A stretch of DNA of 64,000 nt from Thermoplasmata archaeon (lineage in GTDB: Archaea; Thermoplasmatota; Thermoplasmata; Lutacidiplasmatales; UBA184). Both the position numbers and the translations under genes were made by a program. Below the pieces are notes generated by a model. The model did not search any database and was not told the DNA's origin. It saw only the letters and a list, made by a program, of their open reading frames with translations. Where the stretch lies: the NCBI GenBank assembly GCA_030041175.1, contig JASHOK010000030.1:12401-76400 (forward strand), read 5' to 3'. Position 1 is the first letter of the stretch; each line of letters starts with the position of its first letter. Positions 1 through 7,302 of the stretch are shown here, piece after piece.

Positions 1-520
1 GCAGCACCAGTGCGAGCTTGGACCGGGCGTACGCCCGGTACCCCGAGTACTGACGTTCCCCCTGCAGGTTCTCAAAATCGAGGTGGACCCCCCGGTGGGC
101 GGCCGACGCGACGTTCACGACGCGGGCCGGGACACTCTCCTCGAGCCTCGAGACGAGCAGATGGGTGAGCAGAAACGGTGCCACGACGTTCAAGGCCCAC
201 GTTCGCTCGAATCCCTCGGAGGTCTGGCCGCGGGTCGAATACATCGCGCCGGCGTTGTTGAGCAGAACGTGAACCCGGGGGAGAGCCAACCGGAGCTCGC
301 TCGCGAGCCGGCGGACGTCGGCCTGGAGAGACAGGTCGGCGGCGAACGCACGGAGCCGGTCGTTGCCGGTCTCCCGCGAAATTGCGCCGGCAGCCGCTGC
401 CACCCGAGCGGGGTCGCGGCCTACCAGCGCGACCGTCGCGCCCTTGCGGGCCAGTTCCCGGGCGGCGACCTGGCCGATTCCCGACGTGGCTCCGGTGACG
501 ACCACGACCCGGTCCGTCAT
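1..520 (-). CDS. Short-chain dehydrogenase/reductase (SDR); C-terminus runs off the left edge of the window
   Basis: Own minus-strand translation from CAT at 518-520 gives MTDRVVVVTGATSGIGQVAARELARKGATVALVGRD...LLNNAGAM...YSGYRAYARSKLAL. It has the TGxxxGIG Rossmann motif, NNAG and the YxxxK catalytic motif. It is absent from the ORF track because there is no stop inside the window. An alternative in-frame ATG lies at 553. Confidence 0.85.
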   Translation of the reverse strand, partial: MTDRVVVVTGATSGIGQVAARELARKGATVALVGRDPARVAAAAGAISRETGNDRLRAFAADLSLQADVRRLASELRLALPRVHVLLNNAGAMYSTRGQTSEGFERTWALNVVAPFLLTHLLVSRLEESVPARVVNVASAAHRGVHLDFENLQGERQYSGYRAYARSKLALVL

Positions 521-563
521 CGGATGGTCGGACGCCCCGGCGGTAGTCTGCATGGTTCGGTAC

Positions 564-1013
564 TCAGCGGTACTTCCGGTAGTGGATCGTCCTCAGGAAG
601 GGGCGGAATCCGCCACTTTCGTAGATTCGGGCCGCGACCTGGTTTGTTTCATCGGTCGCCACGTACAGCAGCGGGATCTGCCGTTCGTTCACGTCCCGCA
701 GGAACCGGTCGACGAGCCGCTGCGCCACCCCCCATCCTTGGAACTCGGGGAGGACGCGGAGCTCCTCGAGCTGGGCGTACTGGTCCGCGCCCTTGTCGAA
801 CCACGGCTTCCGGCCCTCGAACCAGTACAGGAAGCCGGCGTAGGCCCCGTCCTTCTCGGCGATAAGCAAGCCGTCCCGGGGGATCCTCTCGAGCCGCTCC
901 GGAGTTGTAAATGGGTCCCACGGAGTGGTGCCGGTCGAGCCGTAATGCCGCGCGACCGTCGGGAGGTCCTCGGCCCGCGCTGGCCGGACCACGACTCCGG
1001 ACTCCGCCGCCAT
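564..1013 (-). CDS. GNAT family N-acetyltransferase (149 aa)
   Basis: C-terminal part of track ORF 564..1391. The internal ATG (CAT at 1011-1013) gives MAAESGVVVRPARAEDLPTV...LRVLPEFQGWGVAQRLV...ARIYESGGF, a typical GNAT A/B motif pattern. The upstream part of the ORF is Arg/Pro-rich shadow sequence. Confidence 0.8.
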   Translation of the reverse strand: MAAESGVVVRPARAEDLPTVARHYGSTGTTPWDPFTTPERLERIPRDGLLIAEKDGAYAGFLYWFEGRKPWFDKGADQYAQLEELRVLPEFQGWGVAQRLVDRFLRDVNERQIPLLYVATDETNQVAARIYESGGFRPFLRTIHYRKYR

Positions 1014-1045
1014 AGCCGGGACGAATCGGGCCGGGGAGATATGGC

Positions 1046-2803
1046 CTACGCAGAGCCGCGGGGCGACCGGCCCGAGAATCGGTGCACGAAGTAGACGGTA
1101 GTCCCGACCCCGCCGCCGACGACCAGCACGATGAGGAGATCGAGGGTCGAGAGACCGGCCTTGCCGGTCGGGCCCGCGGGGGGCGGAGTCGAGTGGGCCG
1201 TGAAGCTCACGTCGACGGTCACATTCGCGCCGTTGACCGTGAGACTTCCGGTCGCCTCCCCCGGTGTGTAGGTACCGACCGCGGGAACCCAGTAGCCGTA
1301 GGTCCCGTCCGGGACGCCGGTGTACACGAGGGACGGAGTCGCTCCCTGGTTCGGTGAGCTCGCGGAGCTGCTGTTCAGACTTACCGCCCACGTGCTGCTG
1401 CTCGGCAGGCCGACCTCGATGAACGTGACCGTGTAGCCGAGCGGAACCGGCTCGGAGGTGCTCCAGCTTATGTCGATCGTGACCGCCGAGCCCTCCACGA
1501 CGACGGTGCCCGCGGTTACGTTGGCCGTGTATCCCGCGACCGAACCGACCGACCAGGGATAGGTTCCGTTGGCCACGGCAAAGAGGATCGTGGAACTGGT
1601 CGTCGAGCTGGCGGTGCCGTTCAGAGTGACCGACCAGCTGGTCTCGCTCGGCAACCCAGACTCGACGAAACTCACGTTGTACGTGAGGCGGACCCAGGGA
1701 ACGACGACCGTGACATCGCTCCCGGCCACGGTGACGTTGCCGGAGTAGTTCGCGGTGTGGTACCCTGCGATCGGCGAGACCGTGTAGGCGTAGGTGCCGT
1801 TCACCGCTGTGAAGTCGAGGAAGACGAAATAGGCCGACTGCGTGACACCGTTGAACGTTACGGACCAGGTCACTCCGTCCAGCAGCCCGGTCTCCTCGAA
1901 CGAAACCTCGTAGGGCACCCCGAAGACTCCGACCTCGGTGAGGGGGGAGTTCATGGTAACCGTCGGCGTCGCGTTCGCACCGGTATAATTGCCGTCTCCC
2001 GTGCCGTTCCAGCTGACGAACTGATAACCGGCACTGGGCGACTCAGACAGGGAAACGGCGGACCCCGCCGGATACCATCCCGAGGAGGGGCTGACAGTGC
2101 CTCCGGTGCTCGGCATGGCTGCCGTCGTGAGGTAGTACGCCGTCGAGTACGGGATCGCGACCGTGACACTCGCGCCGGCGACCTCCACGGTGCCGTTGTT
2201 CACCACTGTGGAGTACTCGGTGCCGACTGTCCCGCTGATCTGGGCGGGGTCCGTGAAGATGTACGTGCCGTTCTGGACGGTGAAGGCGATCGACGTGGCG
2301 GCGGAGGTCGTGTTCGTGCCATCGAAGTCGACCCACCAAGAGCTCCCTGTGGGGAGACCGGACTCATTGAACCAGACCGAGTAGGTCGAGACGGCCGCCA
2401 CCGGCGTGAATGCGATGTACACCGTGGCCATGCAGCTATTCACCGTGACCTGCCCCGAGGACGGAACCGCCTGGTACCCGGCAACGGGCGTCACGGTGAA
2501 GTTGTAGGTCCCGGGGAGTTCGGAGAACACGATCTCGGTCGTGGTGCTCGACTGCGTTGAGCCCGCGAGGTCTACGCTCCAGGACGTACCGCTCGGCAGC
2601 CCACTCTCCACGAACGTGACGGGCTTCTCCCAAGCCGCCGTGAGCTGGCCCGGCTGGGACGTCGGCCCGCCGGCGGCACCGTAGGCCCCCAGCGCGATGA
2701 GCGCCGGGGCGCTCAGCAGCACCACAACGAAGGCGAGGACGTACAGCGCTCGGACCTGGGGGTTCGATACGACTGACTCGCGCGGCAGCTCCTGGGGTTT
2801 CAT
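1046..2803 (-). CDS. Surface-exposed repeat glycoprotein candidate with an N-terminal signal/anchor helix, five tandem ~75-90 aa beta-rich repeats plus one different Ig-like insert, a Thr/Pro linker and a C-terminal TM anchor
   Basis: Start MKPQELPRESVV... (CAT at 2801-2803), followed by the hydrophobic stretch ALYVLAFVVVLLSAPALIALGAYG. The repeated motif is F(V/N/E)ESGLP(S/T)G(T/S)SW(S/W)V...NGTY. There are at least 17 N-x-S/T sequons. The C-terminus is STPPPAGPTGKAG-LSTLDLLIVLVVGGGVGTTVYFV-HRFSGR. Confidence 0.8.
   Translation of the reverse strand: MKPQELPRESVVSNPQVRALYVLAFVVVLLSAPALIALGAYGAAGGPTSQPGQLTAAWEKPVTFVESGLPSGTSWSVDLAGSTQSSTTTEIVFSELPGTYNFTVTPVAGYQAVPSSGQVTVNSCMATVYIAFTPVAAVSTYSVWFNESGLPTGSSWWVDFDGTNTTSAATSIAFTVQNGTYIFTDPAQISGTVGTEYSTVVNNGTVEVAGASVTVAIPYSTAYYLTTAAMPSTGGTVSPSSGWYPAGSAVSLSESPSAGYQFVSWNGTGDGNYTGANATPTVTMNSPLTEVGVFGVPYEVSFEETGLLDGVTWSVTFNGVTQSAYFVFLDFTAVNGTYAYTVSPIAGYHTANYSGNVTVAGSDVTVVVPWVRLTYNVSFVESGLPSETSWSVTLNGTASSTTSSTILFAVANGTYPWSVGSVAGYTANVTAGTVVVEGSAVTIDISWSTSEPVPLGYTVTFIEVGLPSSSTWAVSLNSSSASSPNQGATPSLVYTGVPDGTYGYWVPAVGTYTPGEATGSLTVNGANVTVDVSFTAHSTPPPAGPTGKAGLSTLDLLIVLVVGGGVGTTVYFVHRFSGRSPRGSA
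1202..2620 (-). repeat. Coding tandem repeats inside the surface protein: five ESGLPxGxxWxV-type domains interrupted by one GGTVSPSSGWY...GYQFVSW-type domain
   Basis: Repeat units start near aa 84, 163, 319, 396 and 479 of the track ORF (VTFVESGLPSGTSWSV, YSVWFNESGLPTGSSWWV, YEVSFEETGLLDGVTWSV, YNVSFVESGLPSETSWSV, YTVTFIEVGLPSSSTWAV). The divergent insert spans aa 245-316. Confidence 0.75.
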
Positions 2804-3097
2804 CTCCTCCTCCGGGCGGCTCCCGGCCACGCGACCCAGCGCCCGGGACGCACCCGGCCCTCCGCGCACCCGGACTTCCAGGGTGGCGGAACGGCCTGCT
2901 TTCCCGGGCAGGTCGGCGGCCCTCAGCCGCGCGGCCGAGCATGCCGATGTCGAATAGATAACGACCCTGTCTGGACTGGATGACGGGGCGCTCAGAGTAA
3001 CGGAAAACCCTTCACCGGGACAGCCTCCTTACGGAGCCGGGTCGAGGCTACAGCCCGGGCCAAGTCCCATATGCACGCCGGTCTGCTCCGAGGCCTC

Positions 3098-4207
3098 ATG
3101 GAGGACCGCGTTCGGCGCATCTTCGACCGGATCGACTCGCAGCCGGACGCTTTGATCATCGCGAACGGAGACGACCGGCACGTCGACGCGAGCTTCTTCT
3201 ATCTGTTCGACGCCGTCGGGGGCGCGTTCGAGGGCGATGGCCTGGTCGCACGGCCGGACGGTACCCGGACCGTGCTCACCTCGCCGCTGGAGGCAGAAAC
3301 CGCGCACAACGCCGCGGAGCTCGATCGATCGGTGGAGGTCCGGGTCTGCCGGAGCCGCGCCGATGCGGTCGCGGCGCTCCGCGACCTCGTGGACGCTAAG
3401 GCTTCGGTCGGCCTCAACTTCCGCGAGCTCACCGAGGAGCGCTTCGGAGAACTCCGCCAGGCCCTCCCGGGGGTTCGCTGGGTGGACGCCTCGGACGCGA
3501 TCCAGAAGGCGCGACGCGTCAAAGACGCCGATGAGATAGAGCGGATCGAGCGAGCCGGACAGATCGTTTCCCGGGTGGCTACGGAGATCCCGTCGCTGCT
3601 CCGGCCCGGCGTTACGGAGCTCGATCTAGCGGCCGAGCTCGAGTATCGAATGGCCCGGGCCGGCGCATCGGGCCGGAGTTTCGAGACGATCATCGGCTTC
3701 GGAGCGCACTCGGCCGAGCCCCATTTTGCGCCGGGCGCGGCACGGCTCGAACGAGGCAACACCGTGGTCTGTGACTTCGGGGCCCTGCATCGCCGGTACG
3801 TAAGCGACCTGACACGGCCTTTCTATCTGGGACCCGAGGACCCGGAAATGCGCCGGGTTCACGCCACCGTTCTCGATGCCCAGAACGCGGCGCTGGCCGT
3901 CCTCCGCGCCGGGGCCCGGCCCTCGGAGGTCCATCGAGCGGCCCAGACGGTCATCGACGCGAGCCCGTGGAAGGGCCACTTTACACACCGGCTGGGCCAC
4001 TCGATCGGGTTGTCGGTGCACGATGGTCTGAGTCTCAACCTCGAGACGACTGACCCGCTCGAACCCGGCGAGACCGTGACGATCGAGCCCGGGATCTACC
4101 TGCCCGGCCGCGGAGGCGTTCGCATCGAGGATGACGTTCTGGTGACGGCGTCGGGCTATCGATTTCTGACCACCGCGCCCCGAGAGTATCTTGGTCCGGC
4201 GAACTAG
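3098..4207 (+). CDS. M24 family Xaa-Pro dipeptidase/aminopeptidase (paralogue 1)
   Basis: Pita-bread fold metal ligand contexts are present: VVCDFGA, YVSDLTR, LGHSIGLSVHD, IEPGIY, GGVRIEDDVLVT. The start was chosen at MEDRVRRIFDRI (ATG 3098) by alignment with the paralogue at 28681 (MKDRIRRIFAKL). Confidence 0.9.
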   Translation: MEDRVRRIFDRIDSQPDALIIANGDDRHVDASFFYLFDAVGGAFEGDGLVARPDGTRTVLTSPLEAETAHNAAELDRSVEVRVCRSRADAVAALRDLVDAKASVGLNFRELTEERFGELRQALPGVRWVDASDAIQKARRVKDADEIERIERAGQIVSRVATEIPSLLRPGVTELDLAAELEYRMARAGASGRSFETIIGFGAHSAEPHFAPGAARLERGNTVVCDFGALHRRYVSDLTRPFYLGPEDPEMRRVHATVLDAQNAALAVLRAGARPSEVHRAAQTVIDASPWKGHFTHRLGHSIGLSVHDGLSLNLETTDPLEPGETVTIEPGIYLPGRGGVRIEDDVLVTASGYRFLTTAPREYLGPAN

Positions 4208-4237
4208 GCTTCCTCGGCCGCTATTCGGCGAGGGCGG

Positions 4238-4245
4238 TTAAATAG
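4238..4245 (+). promoter_or_regulatory. Candidate TATA box (TTAAATAG) for the small wHTH gene
   Basis: This is the only AT-rich octamer in the GC-rich spacer. It lies 34-41 nt upstream of ATG 4279, consistent with an archaeal TATA at about -26 and a very short leader. Confidence 0.4.
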
Positions 4246-4278
4246 GGCTCCTCGCTCGGCCGCCCTCGGGGGACGAGC

Positions 4279-4503
4279 ATGGCGCTCGAGGACGAATTGG
4301 GGCCGCAGGCGGTCAAGATTTACAAGGCGATGAAGGACATGGGCTTCCTGACCGAGGATAAGATGGGCACGGCCGAGCGCATTACGATGGGCGCGAAGCT
4401 GCCCAAGAACATGGTCATGAACGCCCTTCAAGAGTTGCAGGCGAAGGGCTACGCCCGGCGCAAGGTGCGAGAGAAGGCCGCCGGCTATTACCTGGTTCGC
4501 TGA
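4279..4503 (+). CDS. Small (74 aa) winged-helix-like DNA-binding protein, function unknown
   Basis: MALEDELGPQAVKIYKAMKDMGFLTEDKMGTAERITMGAKLPKNMVMNALQELQAKGYARRKVREKAAGYYLVR. The helix-turn-helix plus beta-wing pattern (GYYLV) is present, codon usage is good, and there is its own TATA candidate. Confidence 0.6.
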   Translation: MALEDELGPQAVKIYKAMKDMGFLTEDKMGTAERITMGAKLPKNMVMNALQELQAKGYARRKVREKAAGYYLVR

Positions 4504-4507
4504 GCCT

Positions 4508-5461
4508 CTACGACTCGGCCCCCGCCGACCGGGGACCGAGCAGGCGCTCCAGCAAGCGACTCGTAGAGCGTAGCGTGACCTCGGTAACGGCACTGACGCG
4601 AGCGACCTGCGCACGGGATCGGCGTTCACCGCCGCGTTCTGAGGCGATGTAGATCAACGCGGCAACGAGACCGTGCGCCGACAAGCCCGAAACCTCCGGA
4701 CTTGTCTCCGTCTCCTTGAGCATCGTTTCGACAGAGGTCCGTACGTGCGGAGACAGGGCGAGTTCCTGCGCATAGCGCGCGAGGTAGACCCGAGGGTCTA
4801 CCGAGGGCACGATCGTGGACATTCCGCGACAGGCGACCTTGAACGCCCGGCCGACCTCAGAGCGCCGGGCACCGAGCACCTTGGAAACCTCGCCCAGAGT
4901 ACGAGGAACTGCGAAGCGGCGGCAGGCGGCGTAGACGGAAGCGCCGACGGCGGCCACCTGGCTGCGGCCCCGGTAGAGTCCCCGCTGGGTCGCATCCCGG
5001 AAGAATCGCTCCGCCTCGGAACGGATGACCGGCGGCAACGCCAGCCGATCGGAGGCCATGGCGATCGAGTCCCGGGCCTGGGAGCGCTCGAGGGGGTCTT
5101 CGAGTGCGCGTACCGTCTGGCGTTGTGCGACTCGCCGGAGGTGCTGGAATTCGTATCTCCGCTGCCAATCGAGCGGCCGGCCCTGTCCGTCCCGGGTGCC
5201 CTTCAGGATCGTCCCCAACTCGCGCCGAGAGGCCCCTGGAAGGCTGAACGGCCCAATCCCACGACCGGAACCCTGGGCACCAGGCGCGTCCCGTACTGGA
5301 GGTCCCGGGGTTACCAGCTCTGAACCTTCGAACACGAGTCCGCAGTCGGCACAGTGCGTCTCCAGACTGGCCGGATCCTGTACCCGTCGGCGGCTACCGC
5401 ACAGGGAGCAGGCGAGGAGGCTTGGTTCCCCCTCTGCCGGGGGCGTCCCCTGGTCGGACAC
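4508..5461 (-). CDS. tfb: Transcription initiation factor IIB (TFB)
   Basis: Zn-ribbon CSLCGSRRRVQDPASLETHCADCG, then two cyclin-fold repeats (IAMASDRLALPPVIRSEAERFFRDA...GRSQVAAVGASVYAACR...; YLARYAQELALSPHVRTSVETMLKE...LVAALIYIAS). No ATG lies upstream of the ribbon. The GTG at 5459-5461 sits about 25-33 nt downstream of the TATA element at 5485-5494, giving a 317-aa leaderless product. The 444-aa track ORF would overrun that promoter. Confidence 0.88.
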   Translation of the reverse strand: MSDQGTPPAEGEPSLLACSLCGSRRRVQDPASLETHCADCGLVFEGSELVTPGPPVRDAPGAQGSGRGIGPFSLPGASRRELGTILKGTRDGQGRPLDWQRRYEFQHLRRVAQRQTVRALEDPLERSQARDSIAMASDRLALPPVIRSEAERFFRDATQRGLYRGRSQVAAVGASVYAACRRFAVPRTLGEVSKVLGARRSEVGRAFKVACRGMSTIVPSVDPRVYLARYAQELALSPHVRTSVETMLKETETSPEVSGLSAHGLVAALIYIASERGGERRSRAQVARVSAVTEVTLRSTSRLLERLLGPRSAGAES

Positions 5462-5484
5462 GGTCGAGAGGCGAGACCTTGAAG

Positions 5485-5494
5485 TATATTTATA
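5485..5494. promoter_or_regulatory. Bidirectional TATA element TATATTTATA shared by tfb (minus) and the YkgJ-like gene (plus)
   Basis: Plus strand reads TTTATA (5489-5494), 34 nt before TTG 5528. Minus strand reads TATAAATA, 26-33 nt before GTG 5461. It is the only AT-rich block between the two divergent genes. Confidence 0.6.
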
Positions 5495-5527
5495 GAACTG
5501 ACTAAAGCCGCCCCGCTCGAACGGTCT

Positions 5528-6631
5528 TTGCCCCCGAGGTCCTGGGGCTCTCCGGGTGCTCAGGTGCTTGCGGGGGCAGACCTCTCCCTGCTCTCTGGCT
5601 TTCGATTTCAGTGCCTCCCCGGGTGCGGTCTCTGCTGCTTCACAACCCCGGCCGTCCGCCCATCCGAACGTCGACGGCTCGTCCAGCTGGAACCGGAGGC
5701 TCCTTTTCTCGATCGTGCAGACGGCTGGAGCCTTGTGGCCAGCCGCCCTGATGGCGGTGCTTGCCACTTCCTCCGGGACCTTCGGTGTTCTTGCCACGAC
5801 GTCCGCCCCGCCACTTGTGCGGAATTCCCCATAGTAGCCCACGCGTCGGACCGACTGCAGCTGAGCTTGGTCCTCGGCTGCCCCGGCGTCGAATTAGCCG
5901 CTCTGGACCGATGGGCTGAGGGTGTGCCTCCGGACGCACCGGCCGACGGGTTGGAAACCGAGCTGGCCGCCGTGGCCAGGGAGGTGGAGCGGGCGCTCGC
6001 CGAGGGGGAGCTGGCCAGAGCTGCGCGCCGATGGCACCGCCTGAGAGCGAGCATCCGGCGCTCAAGTGGAGGGGCCAGGGGGTCGGACCCGCGCGCTCCG
6101 CTGTACCCGGTGTCGGAAGATCTCATCCCCACCGACCTGGCCAAAGCGCAGTTGCTCGATACCGAGGGTGATCGCATCGATCTCGACGGGCTACCGCTCG
6201 CCTACGATGCTCGGTGGGGCCGCTTGGCATGGCGGAGTCACCCCGGGGGGGTCGAGTTCCTCTCCTTGGAGGCAACGGGAGGCGCCGGCCCCGCCCGCGA
6301 GGTCCTCCCCCTTCCCGCCCGCTCGCCGGGGCTTGACGGACCGGCGAGACTCCGCCTTCGCGGTTACCTCGGATACCGGCTAGCTCGAGACCAGAGTCTC
6401 GGGACGGCATACGAGGAACTCCGTAGTACGGGAGAGTCCCAGGTCTCCCTTCGGGACGTACTTCTGGCGGACCTCCAGTCGACCGCCGGTCAGGTACTTT
6501 CGCTGGCGATCCTACGCCGAGCGCTGACCACGGATCGCCGGGGCCCACTGACCCGGGAGGATATCGACCTCGGGATCCGAGCGACGGATATGGATGCGCT
6601 CGACCGTCCCACCGTAGGTCTCCGGCTGTAG
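5528..6631 (+). CDS. YkgJ/UPF0153-like cysteine-cluster (CxxCxxCC) protein with a long C-terminal extension
   Basis: N-terminal FQCLPGCGLCC...GGACHFLRDLRCSCHDVRPATCAEFP matches the putative Zn/Fe-chelating CxxCxxCC domain pattern. TTG start at 5528; GTG alternative at 5564. Confidence 0.6.
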   Translation: MPPRSWGSPGAQVLAGADLSLLSGFRFQCLPGCGLCCFTTPAVRPSERRRLVQLEPEAPFLDRADGWSLVASRPDGGACHFLRDLRCSCHDVRPATCAEFPIVAHASDRLQLSLVLGCPGVELAALDRWAEGVPPDAPADGLETELAAVAREVERALAEGELARAARRWHRLRASIRRSSGGARGSDPRAPLYPVSEDLIPTDLAKAQLLDTEGDRIDLDGLPLAYDARWGRLAWRSHPGGVEFLSLEATGGAGPAREVLPLPARSPGLDGPARLRLRGYLGYRLARDQSLGTAYEELRSTGESQVSLRDVLLADLQSTAGQVLSLAILRRALTTDRRGPLTREDIDLGIRATDMDALDRPTVGLRL

Positions 6632-6651
6632 CGGACTTCCGCGACCACGAA

Positions 6652-7302
6652 GTGTATTTCCGTGCTGAGGGCCCTCGGACGGGCGTGCGGCCGTGGCTCG
6701 TCGTGGTCGGCATTGTCTTCCTGACGCTCGGCATCGGAAGCGCCACGACGCTGTATCTCGGTGACCAGGGCGCCGTCTCGTCCAGCAACGGGACGGGGCC
6801 GATCTCGTTCCCGCTCGGCTCGAACTCGAGCGAGGTGCTAACCCTGCAAGGGACCAACGGGACCACCGAGCATTTCCGCCTCCAGTGGGCGGCTTCGTCG
6901 CCGCTCTCCGTGGAACTCGAGTCCTCGGCGGGGTGCTCGTCCGACGGTACGACCTGCTGGCCGTCCGACGTACTCGTCCAATGGTCCGGGAGCACGTCGG
7001 GCGATTGGACCGGAGCCGGTCCGTTTCACTATCCGTTGCTGTGCGTCTTGAAAAACCTGAACTCGGACCCTTCGGCCGTGACGGTGAGTGGCCGGGCCTC
7101 GGCCGAGACCTCGGTGCATGAGACGCTGGTCGTGTCGCTGGTGCTCGGCCTCAGCGCCGCCGCGCTATTCGTCGTTGGCGGACTCGCCGTCTTCCTGGGA
7201 CTCTTCCTTGCCTCGGACCCCTACGGGCCACCGGCACCGCCGGTCTCCCGTTCCGCCGACGATGTTGACGAGATCCTGGACGAACCGGGTCCTCGTCACT
7301 GA
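6652..7302 (+). CDS. Hypothetical bitopic membrane/extracellular protein (N- and C-terminal TM helices, N-glycosylation sequons)
   Basis: WLVVVGIVFLTLGIGSATTLYL near the N-terminus and LVVSLVLGLSAAALFVVGGLAVFLGLFLA near the C-terminus. NGT/NSS/NGT sequons lie between them. GTG start 6652 (alternative GTG 6685). Confidence 0.55.
   Translation: MYFRAEGPRTGVRPWLVVVGIVFLTLGIGSATTLYLGDQGAVSSSNGTGPISFPLGSNSSEVLTLQGTNGTTEHFRLQWAASSPLSVELESSAGCSSDGTTCWPSDVLVQWSGSTSGDWTGAGPFHYPLLCVLKNLNSDPSAVTVSGRASAETSVHETLVVSLVLGLSAAALFVVGGLAVFLGLFLASDPYGPPAPPVSRSADDVDEILDEPGPRH

Noticed and set aside
83-1094. Plus-strand ORFs 83..865 and 363..1094.
   Set aside because: They are shadows of the minus-strand SDR (TGxxxGIG, YxxxK) and GNAT genes. 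Their translations are Arg/Pro/Gly-rich without motifs.
5462-5842. The N-terminal 127-aa extension of the TFB ORF (MGYYGEFRTSGG...).
   Set aside because: It would run through the TATATTTATA promoter element and overlap the divergent YkgJ-like gene. TFB proteins begin at the Zn ribbon. The GTG at 5461 gives a normal 317-aa length.
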